This document shows, in pieces, positions 1 through 12,793 of a stretch of 64,000 bases of DNA. A program made the translations under genes and the position numbers. The notes beneath the pieces were generated by a model. It did no database searches and was not told the DNA's origin. It saw only the letters and a list, made by a program, of their open reading frames with translations. The stretch covers positions 95,418,001 through 95,482,000 of the forward strand of contig NC_091996.1 of the NCBI RefSeq assembly GCF_044704955.1, written 5' to 3'. The stretch's first letter is position 1, and the number at the start of each line of letters is the position of its first letter. Source of the stretch: Pristiophorus japonicus. Its lineage: Eukaryota.

Positions 1-548
1 CGCCGAGAGACCGGGCGGTACTTTGCCAGGAAGATTCCTCTAAAAGAGGTGGCAGTACCGCCCGACAGCAAAATAACGGCTTACGCCGTCGATCTGGGCG
101 GCTGCTCAGCAGCAAAGGCTCTTACCGCCCAAGTGCCGTCGAGGATGGAGTCGGGGCCCAGGGAGGGCGGAGGAGCTGAAAATAAAAACTATTACCAAAA
201 GAAAATAAACACCGGAACAAAGATTTTTGAAAGATCTTCACTAACCTTTTTTTTGCAGGTCTTCGTACTTACCGCCGGAGTTAGACCGGCCTCCACACAG
301 TGGTCCTCCTGGCCGGCCACAATATTGGTGGCCTTACCGCCCCCTGCTGGCACCGACTCCCGCCCGCACCAATCTGGCAGCTCGGCGGATGGGAGATCAC
401 TTGCCAGAGGCCATCAGCGGGCGGTTCCTGGCGGTACTCCCCTCCTGCCCGCTCCACCCAGAGTGGAAACTGGCACAGAGGGGAAACCGGAGGCAAAACC
501 CGGCGACAGTCAGCGGCATTGGGCGGTAAGGCCACCGATATCGGGGCC
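1..548. mobile_element. GC-rich interspersed repeat, probably the end of a non-autonomous DNA transposon (truncated by window start)
   Basis: CpG-rich, no credible ORF, ends abruptly at ...CCGATATCGGGGCC where RTE homology begins; family assignment is inference only. Confidence 0.3.
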
Positions 549-907
549 CTAATATCGGCAAGGGCAGACATCGATGACCAAGTCCAAAGCTGCCTTCAGT
601 GTGCCAGTGCAGCCTTTGGCCGCCAGAGGAAAAGAGTGTTCGAAGACCAGGATCTCAAACCCGGCACCAAGCTCATTGTCTACAGAGCAGTAGTGATACC
701 CGCCCTCCTATATGCTTCAGAGATATGGACTATGTACAGCAGGCACCTCAAAGTACTGGAGAAGTACCACCAATGCTGCCTCCGCAAGATCCTGCAAATC
801 CATTGGCAGGATAGGTGTACCAATGTCAGTGTTCTCTCTCTCAGGCCAACAACCCCAGCATCGAGGCACTGACCATGCTTGACCAGGTAGGCGGGCCACA
901 TTGTCCG
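549..907 (+). mobile_element. RTE-clade LINE fragment (RT C-terminal part), left half; interrupted by Gypsy A
   Basis: Translates RADIDD...[32 protein letters not shown]...YHQ.CLRKIL.I.WQDR, typical RTE RT C-terminus; continues at 12794 (GHIVR|MPNTRLPKQ). Confidence 0.9.
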
Positions 908-1118
908 TGTTGTGTACCTGTAAAGCATGCACTCCCATGTTCCGCCAGCAGGAAGCGCATCCCCTGAAGTCCCAAGGTATCCCTGCATCCCTTAGGAGCA
1001 CTGTACATAAGCCGGCTCCAAAGGCCTGTTCCTCACTCTGGAGTGTCTGAATAAAGACTGAGGTCACTGTTACTTTAACCTCCCTGTGTGCAGTCTCATC
1101 ATGTGCAGGAACACAATA
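908..1118 (+). repeat. 5' LTR of Gypsy A
   Basis: TGTTGTGT...ACACAATA, direct repeat of 12578-12788, contains AATAAA, followed by the PBS. Confidence 0.93.
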
Positions 1119-1150
1119 ACTGGCGACGAGTATACGAATCCAATGCAAAG

Positions 1151-2436
1151 ATGCAGCACACTGTGGGCATCCTGGAGAAGTTCTCGGAGGGTGAGGACTG
1201 GGAAGCCTATGTCGAACGGCTAGACCAGTACTTTGTAGCCAACGAGCTGGACGGAGAAGGAAGCGCTGCAAAAAGAAGAGCGGTCCTCCTCACAGTCTGC
1301 GGGGCACCGACCTACAGCCTCATGAATAATCTTCTGGCTCCGGCGAAACCCACAGATAAGCTGTGTACACTGGTTCGGGTGCATCTTAACCCAAGGGAGA
1401 GCGTGCTGAGGTATCGGTTCTACACGTGCCAGCGGTCTGAAGGTCAGGAAGTGGCGAGCTACGTCACCAAGCCAAGGCAACTTGCAGGACAGTGTGAGTT
1501 TGATGGCTACCTGGAGCAGATGCTCAGAGACTTTTTTGTACTGGGCATTGGCCACGAGACCATCTTACGAAAACTTTTGACTGTAGAGACATCGACCCTC
1601 AGTAAGGCCATTGCGATAGTACAGGCTTTTATGTCAACCAGTGATAACACCAAACAAATTTCTCAGCACACAAGTGCTAGCAATGTTCATAAATTAACTG
1701 CAACTGTACAGGGCAGAAACCATGAGTCTGCAACTGCCAGCAGGCCTCAGGTGACCCAGATGACTCGGAGTCCCCAACAAAGGATGAATGCAAGGCAATT
1801 CACACCTTGTTGGCGTTGTGGAGGCTTCCACTCAGCCTATTCATGCCGCTTCAAAGGATATGTTTGCAAGAGCTGTGGAACAATGGGGCACCTCCAACGA
1901 GCTTGCAGACGAGCTGCAAGCTCTGCAAAACCTGCTAACCACCACTTGGCAGAGGACGATCGGTCCATGGTGGATCAAAGCAATTTCGAGCCTGAGAGAG
2001 AGGAGGCAGATGCTGAAATACACGGGGTGCACACATTTTTGATGAAATGTCCACCTATAATGCTAAATGTAAAATTGAATGGCTTACTCGTAGCCATGGA
2101 ACTGGATACTGGCACTAGCCAATCCATCATGAGTAAAAAGATGTTTGAGAGACTGTGGTGCAACAAGGCATTCAGACCAACCCTGAGCCCCATCCACACG
2201 AAACTCAGAGTGTACACCAAAGAGCTTATCACTGTCCTGGGCAGCGCCATGGTCAAGGTCACCTACAAGGGCACGGTGCACGAACTGCCACTCTGGATTG
2301 TCCCGGGCGATGGCCCCACACTGCTTGGAAGGAGTTGGCTGGGCAAAATCCGCTGGAACTGGGGTGACATCTGAGCGTTATCACATGTCGATGAGGCCTC
2401 ATGTACCCAGGTTCTTAACAAATTTCCTTCCCTTTT
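1151..2436 (+). pseudogene. Gypsy A gag + aspartic protease (stop at 2372-2374, then cut by Gypsy B)
   Basis: EDWEAYVERL gag N-terminus, two Cys/His knuckles (CWRCGGFHSAYSC, CKSCGTMGHLQRAC), protease MELDTG and LLGRSWL motifs. Confidence 0.9.
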
Positions 2437-2684
2437 TGTCATGTATCTTACATTATTATATATAACTGTATCCTAACATGCTATACATGACTGTAATGAG
2501 ATATGACCTGTAACCACCAGCATACCTTACCACCAGGGGTGCAATTGCAAGAGACAGGTATATAAGGACAGGTCTCAGGCAAGTGCAGCATTCCAGAGCT
2601 GTGAAATAAAGGTGCAGGTCCAGAGTGACCTTGACTTCACTACATGCCTCGTGTGAATCTGTACTGAGGGGACAGGACTTTACA
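2437..2684 (+). repeat. 5' LTR of Gypsy B
   Basis: TGTCATG...TTTACA, with TATATAA and AATAAA; direct repeat of 10884-11131. Confidence 0.95.
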
Positions 2685-5600
2685 GTGGCGACGAGTTACG
2701 GGATTACAGAATCCACAGAATGGCGAACAACGGATCAGATGAAAAGTACAATGCGGGAGACAATTGGGAGGACTTTATAGAAAGGCTCCAGCAAAGCTTT
2801 GTAACCAAAGACTGGTTAGGCGACGATAAGGCAGACAAGATAAGAGCCCATCTCTTGACCAGCTGTAGCTCGAAAACATACGCTTTAATGAAGGATCTGT
2901 TGGCACCCGAGAAATCAGCAAGCAAGTCGTTTGAAGAATTGAGCACACTGGTAAGAGACCACCTGAAGCCAGCAAGCAGCCTACATGTGGCCAGACACAG
3001 GTTCTACAACTACAGACGCTGTGTGGGCCAGAGCATACCCGACTTCGAGGCGGAACTTCGGAGGTTGGCTAGTTTATGTGAGATCTCCGATGAACTGAGG
3101 AGAGAAATGCTGAGAGACTTTTTCATTGAAGGAATAGGCCATGCAGGCATATTCCAAAAGCTCATAGAGACCAAGAACCTGACCTTAGAGGCAGCAGCAC
3201 TGGTTGCACAGACATTCTTGGTAGGGGAAGAAGAAACGAGGTTGATTTACAATGCAGGTACGACAACTAACGAAATATCGGAACAAGAAGTTCACAGCAC
3301 TAAACAAGCTGCTCCCCCACACACAGACAAAACCGGGAGAACAGGTTCACGACAGCAGGCAGAAGCCATCAAGGGCCACAGGAACGGCCGTTCACACCTC
3401 ATCAACCCACAATGCGAGCAATCAACTACAAACTGAGAGAAGCTCAAGAGAGATCAGCCAGACGCAGCTCATTCTTTGGAAACACTTTGAACAATGGAAC
3501 AGGTCTGTGCTGGAGGTGTGGGGGTGGGCACTCGTCAAGGGGATGTTGATTTCAGCAGGCTGTTTGCAGAAATTGTGAATATACAGGGCATTTGGCCCGC
3601 ATGTGCAAAAAAACGGCAGCTCGGCTGGTATACGAATCGGATGGGTCGGAAAGCGGACCAGAAGATGGTGGGGACAGTACCCGGGACACCGGTGTACAGC
3701 GGGTCAACACGATCAATGGCCGCTACTCCTACAACAGGACACCTCCTATAATGATGAGGGTCCTACTCAACGGGATATCTGTCAACATGGAGCTGGATAC
3801 GGGAGCGAGTCAATCTCTCATGGGCGCTCAACAATTTGAACAACTGTGGCTGCATAAAAGAGACAGACCAAAACTCACAAGGGTCGACACCAAACTAAGG
3901 ACCTATACCAAAGAAATCGTACCAGTCCTCGGCAGCGCCATGCTCTCTGTCACACACAAAGGGACAGTGAACCGACTTCCCCTGTGGATTGTCCCCGGAG
4001 ATCCCCCAGCACTGCTGGGGAGAAGCTGGCTGGCAAAACTAAACTGGAAATGGGATGATGTCCATGACATGTCATTAGTGGAACGGACCTCCTGCTCAAC
4101 AGTTATAAAGCGATTTGAACATCTCTTTCAGCCAGGTGTGGGCATTTTCAAAGGGGCCAAAGTCAAAATCTACATCACACAGGATGCTAGACCGGTCCAT
4201 CACAAGGCCAGAACTGTACCCTATGTGATGAGGGAAAAGATTGAACACTAGACAGGCTTCTGCGGGAAGGCATTATATCACCTGTGGAATTTAGCGACTG
4301 GGCAAGTCCCATCGTCCCAGTCATGAAGCCTGATGGATCCGTACGAATCTGTGGGGACTACAAATCTACCATAAACAGAGTCTCCCTAGAGGACCAGTAC
4401 CCGCTGCCCAGAGCGGAAGACTTATTTGCCACATTGGCTGGAGGTAAACTTTTCTCAAAATTAGACCTCACATCTGCGTATATGACGCAAGTATTGACCG
4501 AGGAATCCAAGCTACTCACCACCATCAACACACATCGAGGCCTTTTCATGTACAATCGATGCCCATTCGGCATCAGGTCAGCAGCTGCCATATTCCAGCG
4601 CAACATGGAGAGGCTGCTCAAGTCCATCCTGGGGACGGTTGTATTTCAAGACGACATACTTATCATGGGCAGGGATACCGACTCATATCTCCGTAATTTG
4701 GAGGAAGTACTAAAGCGGTTGGATCGGGTAGGCCTACGAGTCAAGAAATCCAAGTGCCTGTTTCTCGCAATCGAGGTTAAATTTTTGGGCAGAAGGATTG
4801 CCGCTGATGGAATCCGCCCAACAGAGTCCAAAACAGAAGCAATTCGCCTGGCACCCAGGCCCCGGAATGTCTCAGAATTGCGCGCCTTTATCGGGCTACT
4901 CAATTACTTTGGGAACTTTATGCAGAACTTAAGCACGCTGCTGGAGCCGCTCCACATGCTACTCAGGAAGGGGTGCGATTGGTTTTGGGGGGACGCCCAG
5001 GAATGCGCCTTCAATAAGGCACGCAACCTTCTGTGTTCCAACAGTGTTTTGACTTTCTTTGACCTAGGTAAAAAGCTAGTTCTCACATGCGATGCGTCAG
5101 CGTATGGGGTCGGGTGCATTTTGCAACATGTCAATAGTGCGGGCAAATTACAACCCATAGCTTATGCCTCCAGGTCACTTTCGCGGGCGGAGCGCAGGTA
5201 CGGAATGGTAGAGAAGGAGGCGCTCGCGTGTGTGTACGGTATCAAAAAGATGCACCAATACCTTTTCGGGGCCAAGGTCGCGTTAGAAACTGACCACAAG
5301 CCCCTCACTTCCCTCCTATCCGAGAGCAAGGCAATAAACGCCAACGCCTCAGCGCGAATTCAACGGTGGGCACTCATGCTGGCGTCCTACGACTATACCA
5401 TAAGGCACAGACCAGGCACAGACAACTGTGCCGACGCGCTCAGCAAGCTACCCCTGGCGACCACGGAAGGGTCTGATGAACAAGACTGTGAGATAGTCAT
5501 GGCAAACAATGCCTTTGAGTCCACAAGTTCGCCCATGACGGCTCGCCAAATCAGAGCCTGGACGGCCAGCGACCCCACGTTATCCTTAGTAAAAAGATGT

Positions 5601-6148
5601 GTCCTAACCGGTGATTGGGCAGAGGCTCGCGATGCCTGCCCCGAGGAATGAAAACCCTTTCACAGGCGCATGCATGAGCTATCACGACAAGCAGACTGCC
5701 TGATGTGGGGCAGCCGAGTAGTCATGCCTCTGCGAGGCAGAGAGGCATTTGTCCGGGAGCTCCACCGCGAGCACCCGGGGATCATTCTCATGAAGGCCAT
5801 AGCCAGATCCCACATCTGGTGGCCTGGTATTGACGCGGACTTGGAGCTCTGCGTCCGAAGGTGCACCATTTGTGCCCAACTCAGCAATGCCCCCAGGGAG
5901 GCTCCACTGAGCCCCTGGCCCTGGCCTACCAAACCATGGTCGCGGGTGCACGTAGACTATGCGGGCCCATTCATGGGCAAAATGTTCATAGAAACATAGA
6001 AACATAGAAAATAGGTGCAGGAGTAGGCCATTCGGTCCTTCTAGCCTGCACCGCCATTCAATGAGTTCATGGCTGAACATGCAACTTCAGTACCCCATTC
6101 CTGCTTTCTCACCATACCCCTTGATTCCCCGAGTAGTAAGGACTCCAT

Positions 6149-8981
6149 CTAACATTTTTTGAATATATTTAGTGAATTGGCCTCAACAACTTTCTGTGGT
6201 AGAGAATTCCACAGGTTCACCACTCTCTGGGTGAAGAAATTCCTCCTCATCTCGGTCCTAAATGGCTTACCCCTTATCCTTAGACTGTGTCCCCTGGTTC
6301 TGGACTTCCCCAACATTGGGAACATTCTTCCTGCATCTAACCTGTCTAACCCCGTCAGAATTTTAAACGTTTCTATGAGGTCCCCTCTCATTCTTCTGAA
6401 CTCCAGTGAATACAAGCCCAGTTGATCCAGTCTTTCTTGATAGGTCAGTCCCGCCATCCCGGGAATCAGTCTGGTGAACCTTCGCTGCACTCCCTCAATA
6501 GCAAGAATGTCCTTCCTCAGGTTAGGAGACCAAAACTGTACACAATACTCCAGGTGTGGCCTCACCAAGGCCCTGTACAACTGTAGCAACACCTCCCTGC
6601 CCCTGTACTCAAATCCCCTCGCTATGAAGGCTAACATGCCATTTGCTTTCTTAACCGCCTGCTGTACCTGCATGCCAACCTTCAATGACTGATGTACCAT
6701 GACACCCAGGTCTTGTTGCACCTCCCCTTTTCCTAATCTGTCACTATTCAGATAATAGTCTGTCTCTCTGTTTTTACCACCAAAGTGGATAACCTCACAT
6801 TTATCCACATTATACTTCATCTGCCATGCATTTACCCACTCACCTAACCTATCCAAGTCGCTCTGCAGCCTCATAGCATCCTCCTCGCAGCTCACACTGC
6901 CACCCAACTTTTTGTCATCCGCAAATTTGGAGATACTACATTTAATCCCCTCATCTAAATCATTAATATACAGTGTAAACAGCTGGGGCCCCAGCACAGA
7001 ACCTTGTGGTACCCCACTAGTCACTGCCTGCCATTCTGAAAAGTCCCCATATACTCCTACTCTTTGCTTCCTGTCTGACAACCAGTTCCCAATCCATGTC
7101 AGCACACTACCCCCAATCCCATATGCTTTAACTTTGCACATTAATCTCTTGTGTGGGACCTTGTCGAAAGCCTTCTGAAAGTCCAAATATACCACATCAA
7201 CTGGTTCTCCCTTGTCCACTCTACTGGAAACATCCTCAAAAAATTCCAGAAGATTTGTCAAGCATGATTTCCCTTTCACAAATCCATGCTGACTTGGACC
7301 TATCATATCACCTCTTTCCAAATGCACTGCTATGTCATCCTTAATAATTGATTCCATCATTTTACCCACTACCGATGTCAGGCTGACCGGTCTATAATTC
7401 CCTGTTATCTCTCTCCCTCCTTTTTTAAAAAGTGGGGTTACATTGGCTACCCTCCACTCCATAGGAACTGATCCAGAGTCAATGGAATGTTGGAAAATGA
7501 CTGTCAATGCATCCACTATTTCCAAGGCCACCTCCTTAAGTACTCTGGGATGCAGTCCATCAGGCCCTGGGATTTATCGGCCTTCAATCCCATCAATTTC
7601 CCCAACACAATTTCCCGACTAATAAGGATTTCCCTCAGTTCCTCCTCCTTACTAGACCCTCCGACCCCTTTTATATCCGGAAGGTTGTTTGTGTCCTCCT
7701 CAGTGAATACCGAAGCAAAATACTTGTTCAATTGTTCCGCCATTTCTTTGTTCCCCATTATGACTTCCCCTGATTCTGACTGCAGGGGACCTACGTTTGT
7801 CTTTACTAACCTTTTTCTCTTTACATATCTATAGAAACTTTTGCAATCCGTCTTAATGTTCCCTGCAAGCTTCTTCTCGTACTCCATTTTCCCTGCCCTA
7901 ATCAAACACTTTGTCCTCCTCTGCTGAGTTCTAAATTTCTCCCAGTCCCGGGTTCGCTGCTATTTCTGGCCAATTTGTATGCCACTTCCTTGGCTTTAAT
8001 ACTATCCCTGATTTCCCTTGATAGCCACGGTTGAGCCACCTTCCCTTTTTTATTTTTACGACAGACAGGAATGTACAATTGTTGTAGTTCATCCATGCGG
8101 TCTCTAAATGTCTGCCATTGCCCATCCACAGTCAACCCCTTCAGTATCATTCGCCAATCTATCCTAGCCAATTCACGCCTCATACCTTCAAAGTTACCCT
8201 TCTTTAAGTTCTGGACCATGGTCTCTGAATTAACTGGTTCATTCTCCATCCTAATGCAGAATTCCACCATATTATGGTCACTCTTCCCCAAGGGGTCTCG
8301 CACAACGAGATTGCCAATTAATCCTCTCTCATTACACAACACCCAGTCTAAGATGGCCTCCCCCCTAGTTGGTTCCTCGACATATTGGTCTAAAAAACCA
8401 TCCCTTATGCACTCCAGGAAATCCTCCTCCACCGTATTGCTTCCAGTTTGGTTAACCCAATCTATGTGCATATTAAAGTCACCCATTATAACTGCTGCAC
8501 CTTTATTGCACGCACCCCTAATTTCATGTTTGATGCCCTCCCCAACATCACTACTACTGTTTGGAGGTCTGTACACAACTCCCACTAACGTTTTTTGCCC
8601 TTTGGTATTCTGCAGCTCTACCCATATAGATTCCACATCATCCAAGCTAATGTCCTTCCGAACTATTGCCTTAATTTCCTCCTTAACCAGCAATGCTACC
8701 CCACCTCCTTTTCCTTTTATTCTATCTTTCCTGAATGTTGAATACCCCTGGATATTGAGTTCCCAGCCCTGATCATCCTGAAGCCACGTCTCCGTAATCC
8801 CAATCACATCATATTTGTTAACATCTATTTGCACAGTTAATTCATCCACCTTATTGCGGATACTCCTTGCATTAAGACACAAAGCCTTCAGGCTTGTTTT
8901 TTTTAACACCCTTTGTCCTTTTAGAATTTTGCTGTACAGTGGCCCTTTTTGTTCTTTGCCTTGGGTTTCTCTGCCCTCCAC
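6149..8981 (-). pseudogene. CR1 ORF2 (APE endonuclease + reverse transcriptase), two frameshifts
   Basis: ORF pieces 7902-8981 (LNARSI, GITETW, MGDFN, SDHN), 7516-7905, 6149-7531 ([34 protein letters not shown]). Confidence 0.93.
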
Positions 8982-9068
8982 TTTTCCTCATCTCCTTTCT
9001 GTCTTTTGCTTTTGCCTCCTTTTTGTTTCCCTCTGTCTCCCTGCATTGGTTCCCATCCCCCTGCCATA

Positions 9069-9934
9069 TTAGTTTAAATCCTCCCCAACAGCACTAGCAA
9101 ACACTCCCCCTAGGACATTGGTTCTGGTCCTGCCCAGGTGCAGACCGTCCGGTTTGTACTGGTCCCACCTCCCCAGAACCGGTTCCAATGCCCCAGGAAT
9201 TTGAATCCCTCCCTGCTGCACCACTGCTCAAGCCACGTATTCATCTGCGCTATCCTGCGATTCCTACTCTGACTATCACGTGGCACTGGTAGCAATCCCG
9301 AGATTACTACTTTTGAGGTCCTACTTTTTAATTTAGCTCCTAGCTCCTTAAATTCGTTTCGTAGGACCTCATCCCTTTTTTTACCTATGTCGTTGGTACC
9401 AATGTGCACCACGACAACTGGCTAATCTCCCTCCCTTTTTAGAATGTCCTGCACCCACTCCGAGACATCCTTGACCCTTGCACCAGGGAGGCAACATACC
9501 ATCCTGGAGTCTCGGTTGCGGCCGCAGAAACGCCTATCTATTCCCTTTACAATTGAATCCCCTATCACTATCGCTCTCCCACTCTTTTTCCTGCCCTCCT
9601 GTGCAACAGAGCCAGCCACGGTGCCATGAACTTGGCTGCTGCTGCCCTCCCCTGATGAGTCATTCCCCTCAACAGTACCCAAAGCAGTGTATCTGTTTTG
9701 CAGGGGGATTACCGCAGGGGACCCCTGCACTACCTTCCTTGCACTACTCTTCCTGCTGGTCTTCCATTCCCTAGCTGGCTGTGGACCCTTCTCCTGCGGT
9801 AAGACCAACTCGCTACACGTGATACTCACGTCATTCTCAGCATCGTGGATGCTCCAGAGTGAATCCACCCTCAGCTCCAATTCCGCAACGCGGACCGTCA
9901 GGAGCTTGAGGTGGATACACTTCTTGCAGATATA
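9069..9934 (-). pseudogene. CR1 ORF1 remnant (Zn-finger/coiled coil + SGNH/GDSL esterase domain)
   Basis: ICKKC..L...VAELE, IVIGDSIV (block I), VHIGTNDIG (block III); internal stop/frameshifts. Confidence 0.85.
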
Positions 9935-10883
9935 GTTCCTCATAGTTGTAGATGTATTTTCAAAGTGGATCGAATGCACCATTTTATACTCGAGCACAAC
10001 CTCCACCACTGTGGAAAGCCTCGCAACCATGTTTGCAACGCACGGAATCCCTGACATATTGGTCAGTGACAATGGTCCGTGCTTCACCAGCGCAGAATTC
10101 CAAGACTTTATAATTGACCACGGCATAAATCACGCCAAGACGGCACTGTTCAAGCCGGCCTCCAACGGCCAGGCGGAGAGAGCAGTGCAAATCATTAAAC
10201 AAGGCATGCTTAAAATCCAAGGTCCCATGCTGCAGGGTCGCCTGTCGCGACTGATGCTGGCATAGAGATCTCGTCCACACTCATTGACTGGTATCCCTCC
10301 CGTGCAACTGTTGATGAAAAGAACTTTAAAAACAAGGCTCTCATTAATCCTCCCAGACATGCACGAAATAGTTGAGGCAAAGCGCCGTAAGCTGACTGAG
10401 TACCATGACAGAAATTCGAGGGGGAGATGGAATGAGATAGGGGACAAAGTGTTTGTACTAAACTATGGCAGGGGTCCCAAATGGCTTGCAAGGACAGTAG
10501 CGGGCAAGGAAGGAAACAGGCTACTGGAAGTACAAATGGACAATGGCAAAACCTGCCGCAGGCATGTAGACCAAGTCAAAAGCAGATTTACCAACAACAC
10601 TGCGGAACCAGAGGCAGACTACAATGTGGAACTCGCACTACACCTGGTGGACAGACAGAGGGAACAACCTGAGGAAAGGGCAATCCCAACAGACAGCCCA
10701 GGCGAGTCAACAACAATCACACCAATTGAAACAGACAGCCCAGGCGAGATACCAGCAACTACAACCAAAGAAAAACAGACACCAAGGCAAACAACTGAAC
10801 CTCAACTCAGATGCTCCACGCGAGAGCGTAGACCACCTGAGAGACTGAACCTATAAAGACAATAAGACCTTGGGGGAGGGTGA

Positions 10884-11131
10884 TGTCATGTATCTTACAT
10901 TATTATATATAACTGTATCCTAACATGCTATACATGACTGTACTAAGATATGACCTGTAACCACCAGCATACCTTACCACCAGGGGTGCACTTGCAAGAG
11001 ACAGGTATATAAGCACAGGTCTCAGGCAAGTGCAGCATTCCAGAGCTGTGAAATAAAGGTGCAGGTCCAGAGTGACCTTGAATTCACTACATGCCTCGTG
11101 TGAGTCTGTACTGAGGGGTCAGGATTTTACA
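10884..11131 (+). repeat. 3' LTR of Gypsy B
   Basis: Direct repeat of 2437-2684 (8 substitutions counted by eye), preceded by PPT. Confidence 0.95.
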
Positions 11132-11136
11132 CTTTT

Positions 11137-12544
11137 TGAGCCAGTCATTGGAAACTTTTCCGGGGCAAAAGTGCGGATCCACTTGGTCCCAGAGGCACGA
11201 CCCATTCACCACAAGGCGCGAGTGGTACCTCACATAATGAGGGAGAGAGTGGAAATCGAGCTGGACAGGCTGCAACATGAGGGCATCATTTCCCCGGTGG
11301 AATTCAGCGAGTGGGCCAGCCCGATTGTTCCAGTACTCAAAAGTGATGGCACAGTCAGGATTTGCGGGGATTATAAAGTAACTATTAATCGTTTCCCGCT
11401 ACAGGACCAATACCCGCTACCTAAGGCAGACGACCTATTTACGACGCCGGCAGGAGGCAAGATGTTCATGTTTGCCACCCACGGCCTGCCTGACATACTG
11501 GTCAGTGACAATGGGCCATGTTTCACCAGTGCCGAATTTAAAGAATTCATGACCCGCAATGGGATCAAACATGTCACCTCAGCCCCATTTAAACCAGCCT
11601 CCAATGGGCAGGCAGAGCGGGCAGTACAAACTGATATGTCCTTACTATAGAGTATAAATGCACATGAGGCCCATACTTGAGAGAAGGTCACTCTGTGACC
11701 AGTTACCTTTATTACCAAGACCTCAAGTGATGAAAGTGGGTGGAGCTTCCCCTTTTATACCTGAAAGTCCAGTTTAGGAGTGTCTCCGACAAGTTCACCC
11801 CCTTGTGGTCAATGTTCTCAAGGAGGTGTACAACTTAGATCAGCTTATACTTGGGTTACAATGATAGTTGAATACATGACACAAACAATCAAACAGAGCC
11901 TCAAACGAGTCACAGAAGGTTCATTCCAAACCCGCCTGTCCCGAATACTGCTCAGCTACTGCATGAGACCTCACTCGCTCACAGGGGTGCCCCCGGCTGA
12001 GCTACTCATGAGAAGGACACTTAAAACCAGACTCTCGCTGGTTCATCCCAACCTATATGATCAGGTAGAGAGCAGGCGGCAGCAACAAAATGTAAACGAT
12101 GGTCGCGCCACTGTGTCACGGGAAATTGATCTGAATGAACCTGTGTATGTGCTAAACTATGGACATGGTCCCAAGTGGATCGCGGGCACGATGATAGCTA
12201 AAGAAGGGAATAGGGTGTTTGTAGTCAAACTAGACAGTGGACACATTTGCAGAAAGCACCTGGACCAAACGAGGCTGCGGTTCACAGACTGCCCTGAACA
12301 ACCCACAGCAGACACCACCTTCTTCGAGCCTACAACACACACCCAAAGGATCAACGACACCACCCCGGACCAGAAAATTGAACCCATCACCCCCAACAGC
12401 CCAGCAAGGCCAGGCTCACCCAGCAGCCCTGCAGGGCCAACAACACGCCAGCCCAGCGAGGGCACAGCCAACACACCAGAACAGACATTTGTACCGAGGC
12501 GGTCCACCAGGGAAAGAAAGGCTCCCGAACTCCTCACCTTGTAA
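11137..12544 (+). pseudogene. Gypsy A pol remnant: RT N-terminus joined directly to integrase core (internal deletion)
   Basis: SEWASPIVPV...ICGDYK...AGGKMF is followed directly by MFATHGLPDILVSDNG; most of RT, all of RNase H and the integrase N-terminus are missing. Confidence 0.88.
11632..11881 (-). mobile_element. Solo LTR of a third Gypsy family, inserted in the Gypsy A integrase
   Basis: 250 bp, TG...CA ends, perfect TSD CAAAC (11627-11631 / 11882-11886); minus strand starts TGTCATGTAT like LTR B and has TATAAAA and AATAAA; integrase reads AVQT|IKQ across it. Confidence 0.9.
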
Positions 12545-12577
12545 ATAGTTTTCACTTTGACTTTGGGGGGGAAGTGA

Positions 12578-12788
12578 TGTTGTGTATCTGTAAAGCATGC
12601 ACTCCCATGTTCCGCCACCAGGGAGCGCATCCCCTGAAGTCCCAAGGGATCCCAGCATCCCTTGGGAGCACTGTATATAAGCCGGCCCCCAAGGCCTGTT
12701 CCTCACTCTGGAGTGTCTTAATAAAGACTGAGGTCACTGTTACTTTAACCTCCCTGTGTGCAGTCTCATCTGTGTTAGGAACACAATA
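12578..12788 (+). repeat. 3' LTR of Gypsy A
   Basis: Direct repeat of 908-1118 (about 12-13 differences by eye), preceded by GGGGGGGAAGTGA PPT. Confidence 0.93.
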
Positions 12789-12793
12789 GACCG

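Larger units (their letters stand above)
5988..9934 (-). mobile_element. CR1 LINE, 5'-truncated within ORF1, inserted antisense in the Gypsy B integrase
   Basis: 3' tail (TTCTATGT)n at ~5988-6010, ORF2 APE+RT, ORF1 esterase; integrase reads ...GKMF|LIVVD... across the insertion; GTTC present at both junctions. Confidence 0.95.
2720..10856 (+). pseudogene. Gypsy B gag-pol (gag, PR, RT, RNase H, integrase), broken by frameshifts, stops and a CR1 insertion
   Basis: ORF pieces 2720-3436 (gag), 3592-4251 (PR, MELDTG), 4284-5651 (RT FQDD; RNase H TCDAS...EKEALA...TDHKPL), 5670-5987 (integrase HHCC), 9935-10856 (integrase core VSDNGPCF...SNGQAER and C-terminus). Confidence 0.93.
2437..11131 (+). 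mobile_element. Ty3/Gypsy (Mag-like) LTR retrotransposon B nested in Gypsy A
   Basis: 248-bp LTRs TG...CA at 2437-2684 and 10884-11131, PBS TGGCGACGAG 2686-2695, PPT GGGGGAGGGTGA, perfect TSD CTTTT (2432-2436 / 11132-11136). Confidence 0.96.
908..12788 (+). mobile_element. Ty3/Gypsy (Mag-like) LTR retrotransposon A, defective, host of nested insertions
   Basis: 211-bp LTRs at 908-1118 and 12578-12788, PBS TGGCGACGAG at 1121, polypurine tract before the 3' LTR, TSD GTCCG (903-907) / GACCG (12789-12793), gag-protease and integrase remnants. Confidence 0.95.

Noticed and set aside
9422-10126. 234-aa minus-strand ORF as full CR1 ORF1
   Set aside because: Its N-terminal part is antisense Gypsy integrase read through the insertion junction at 9934
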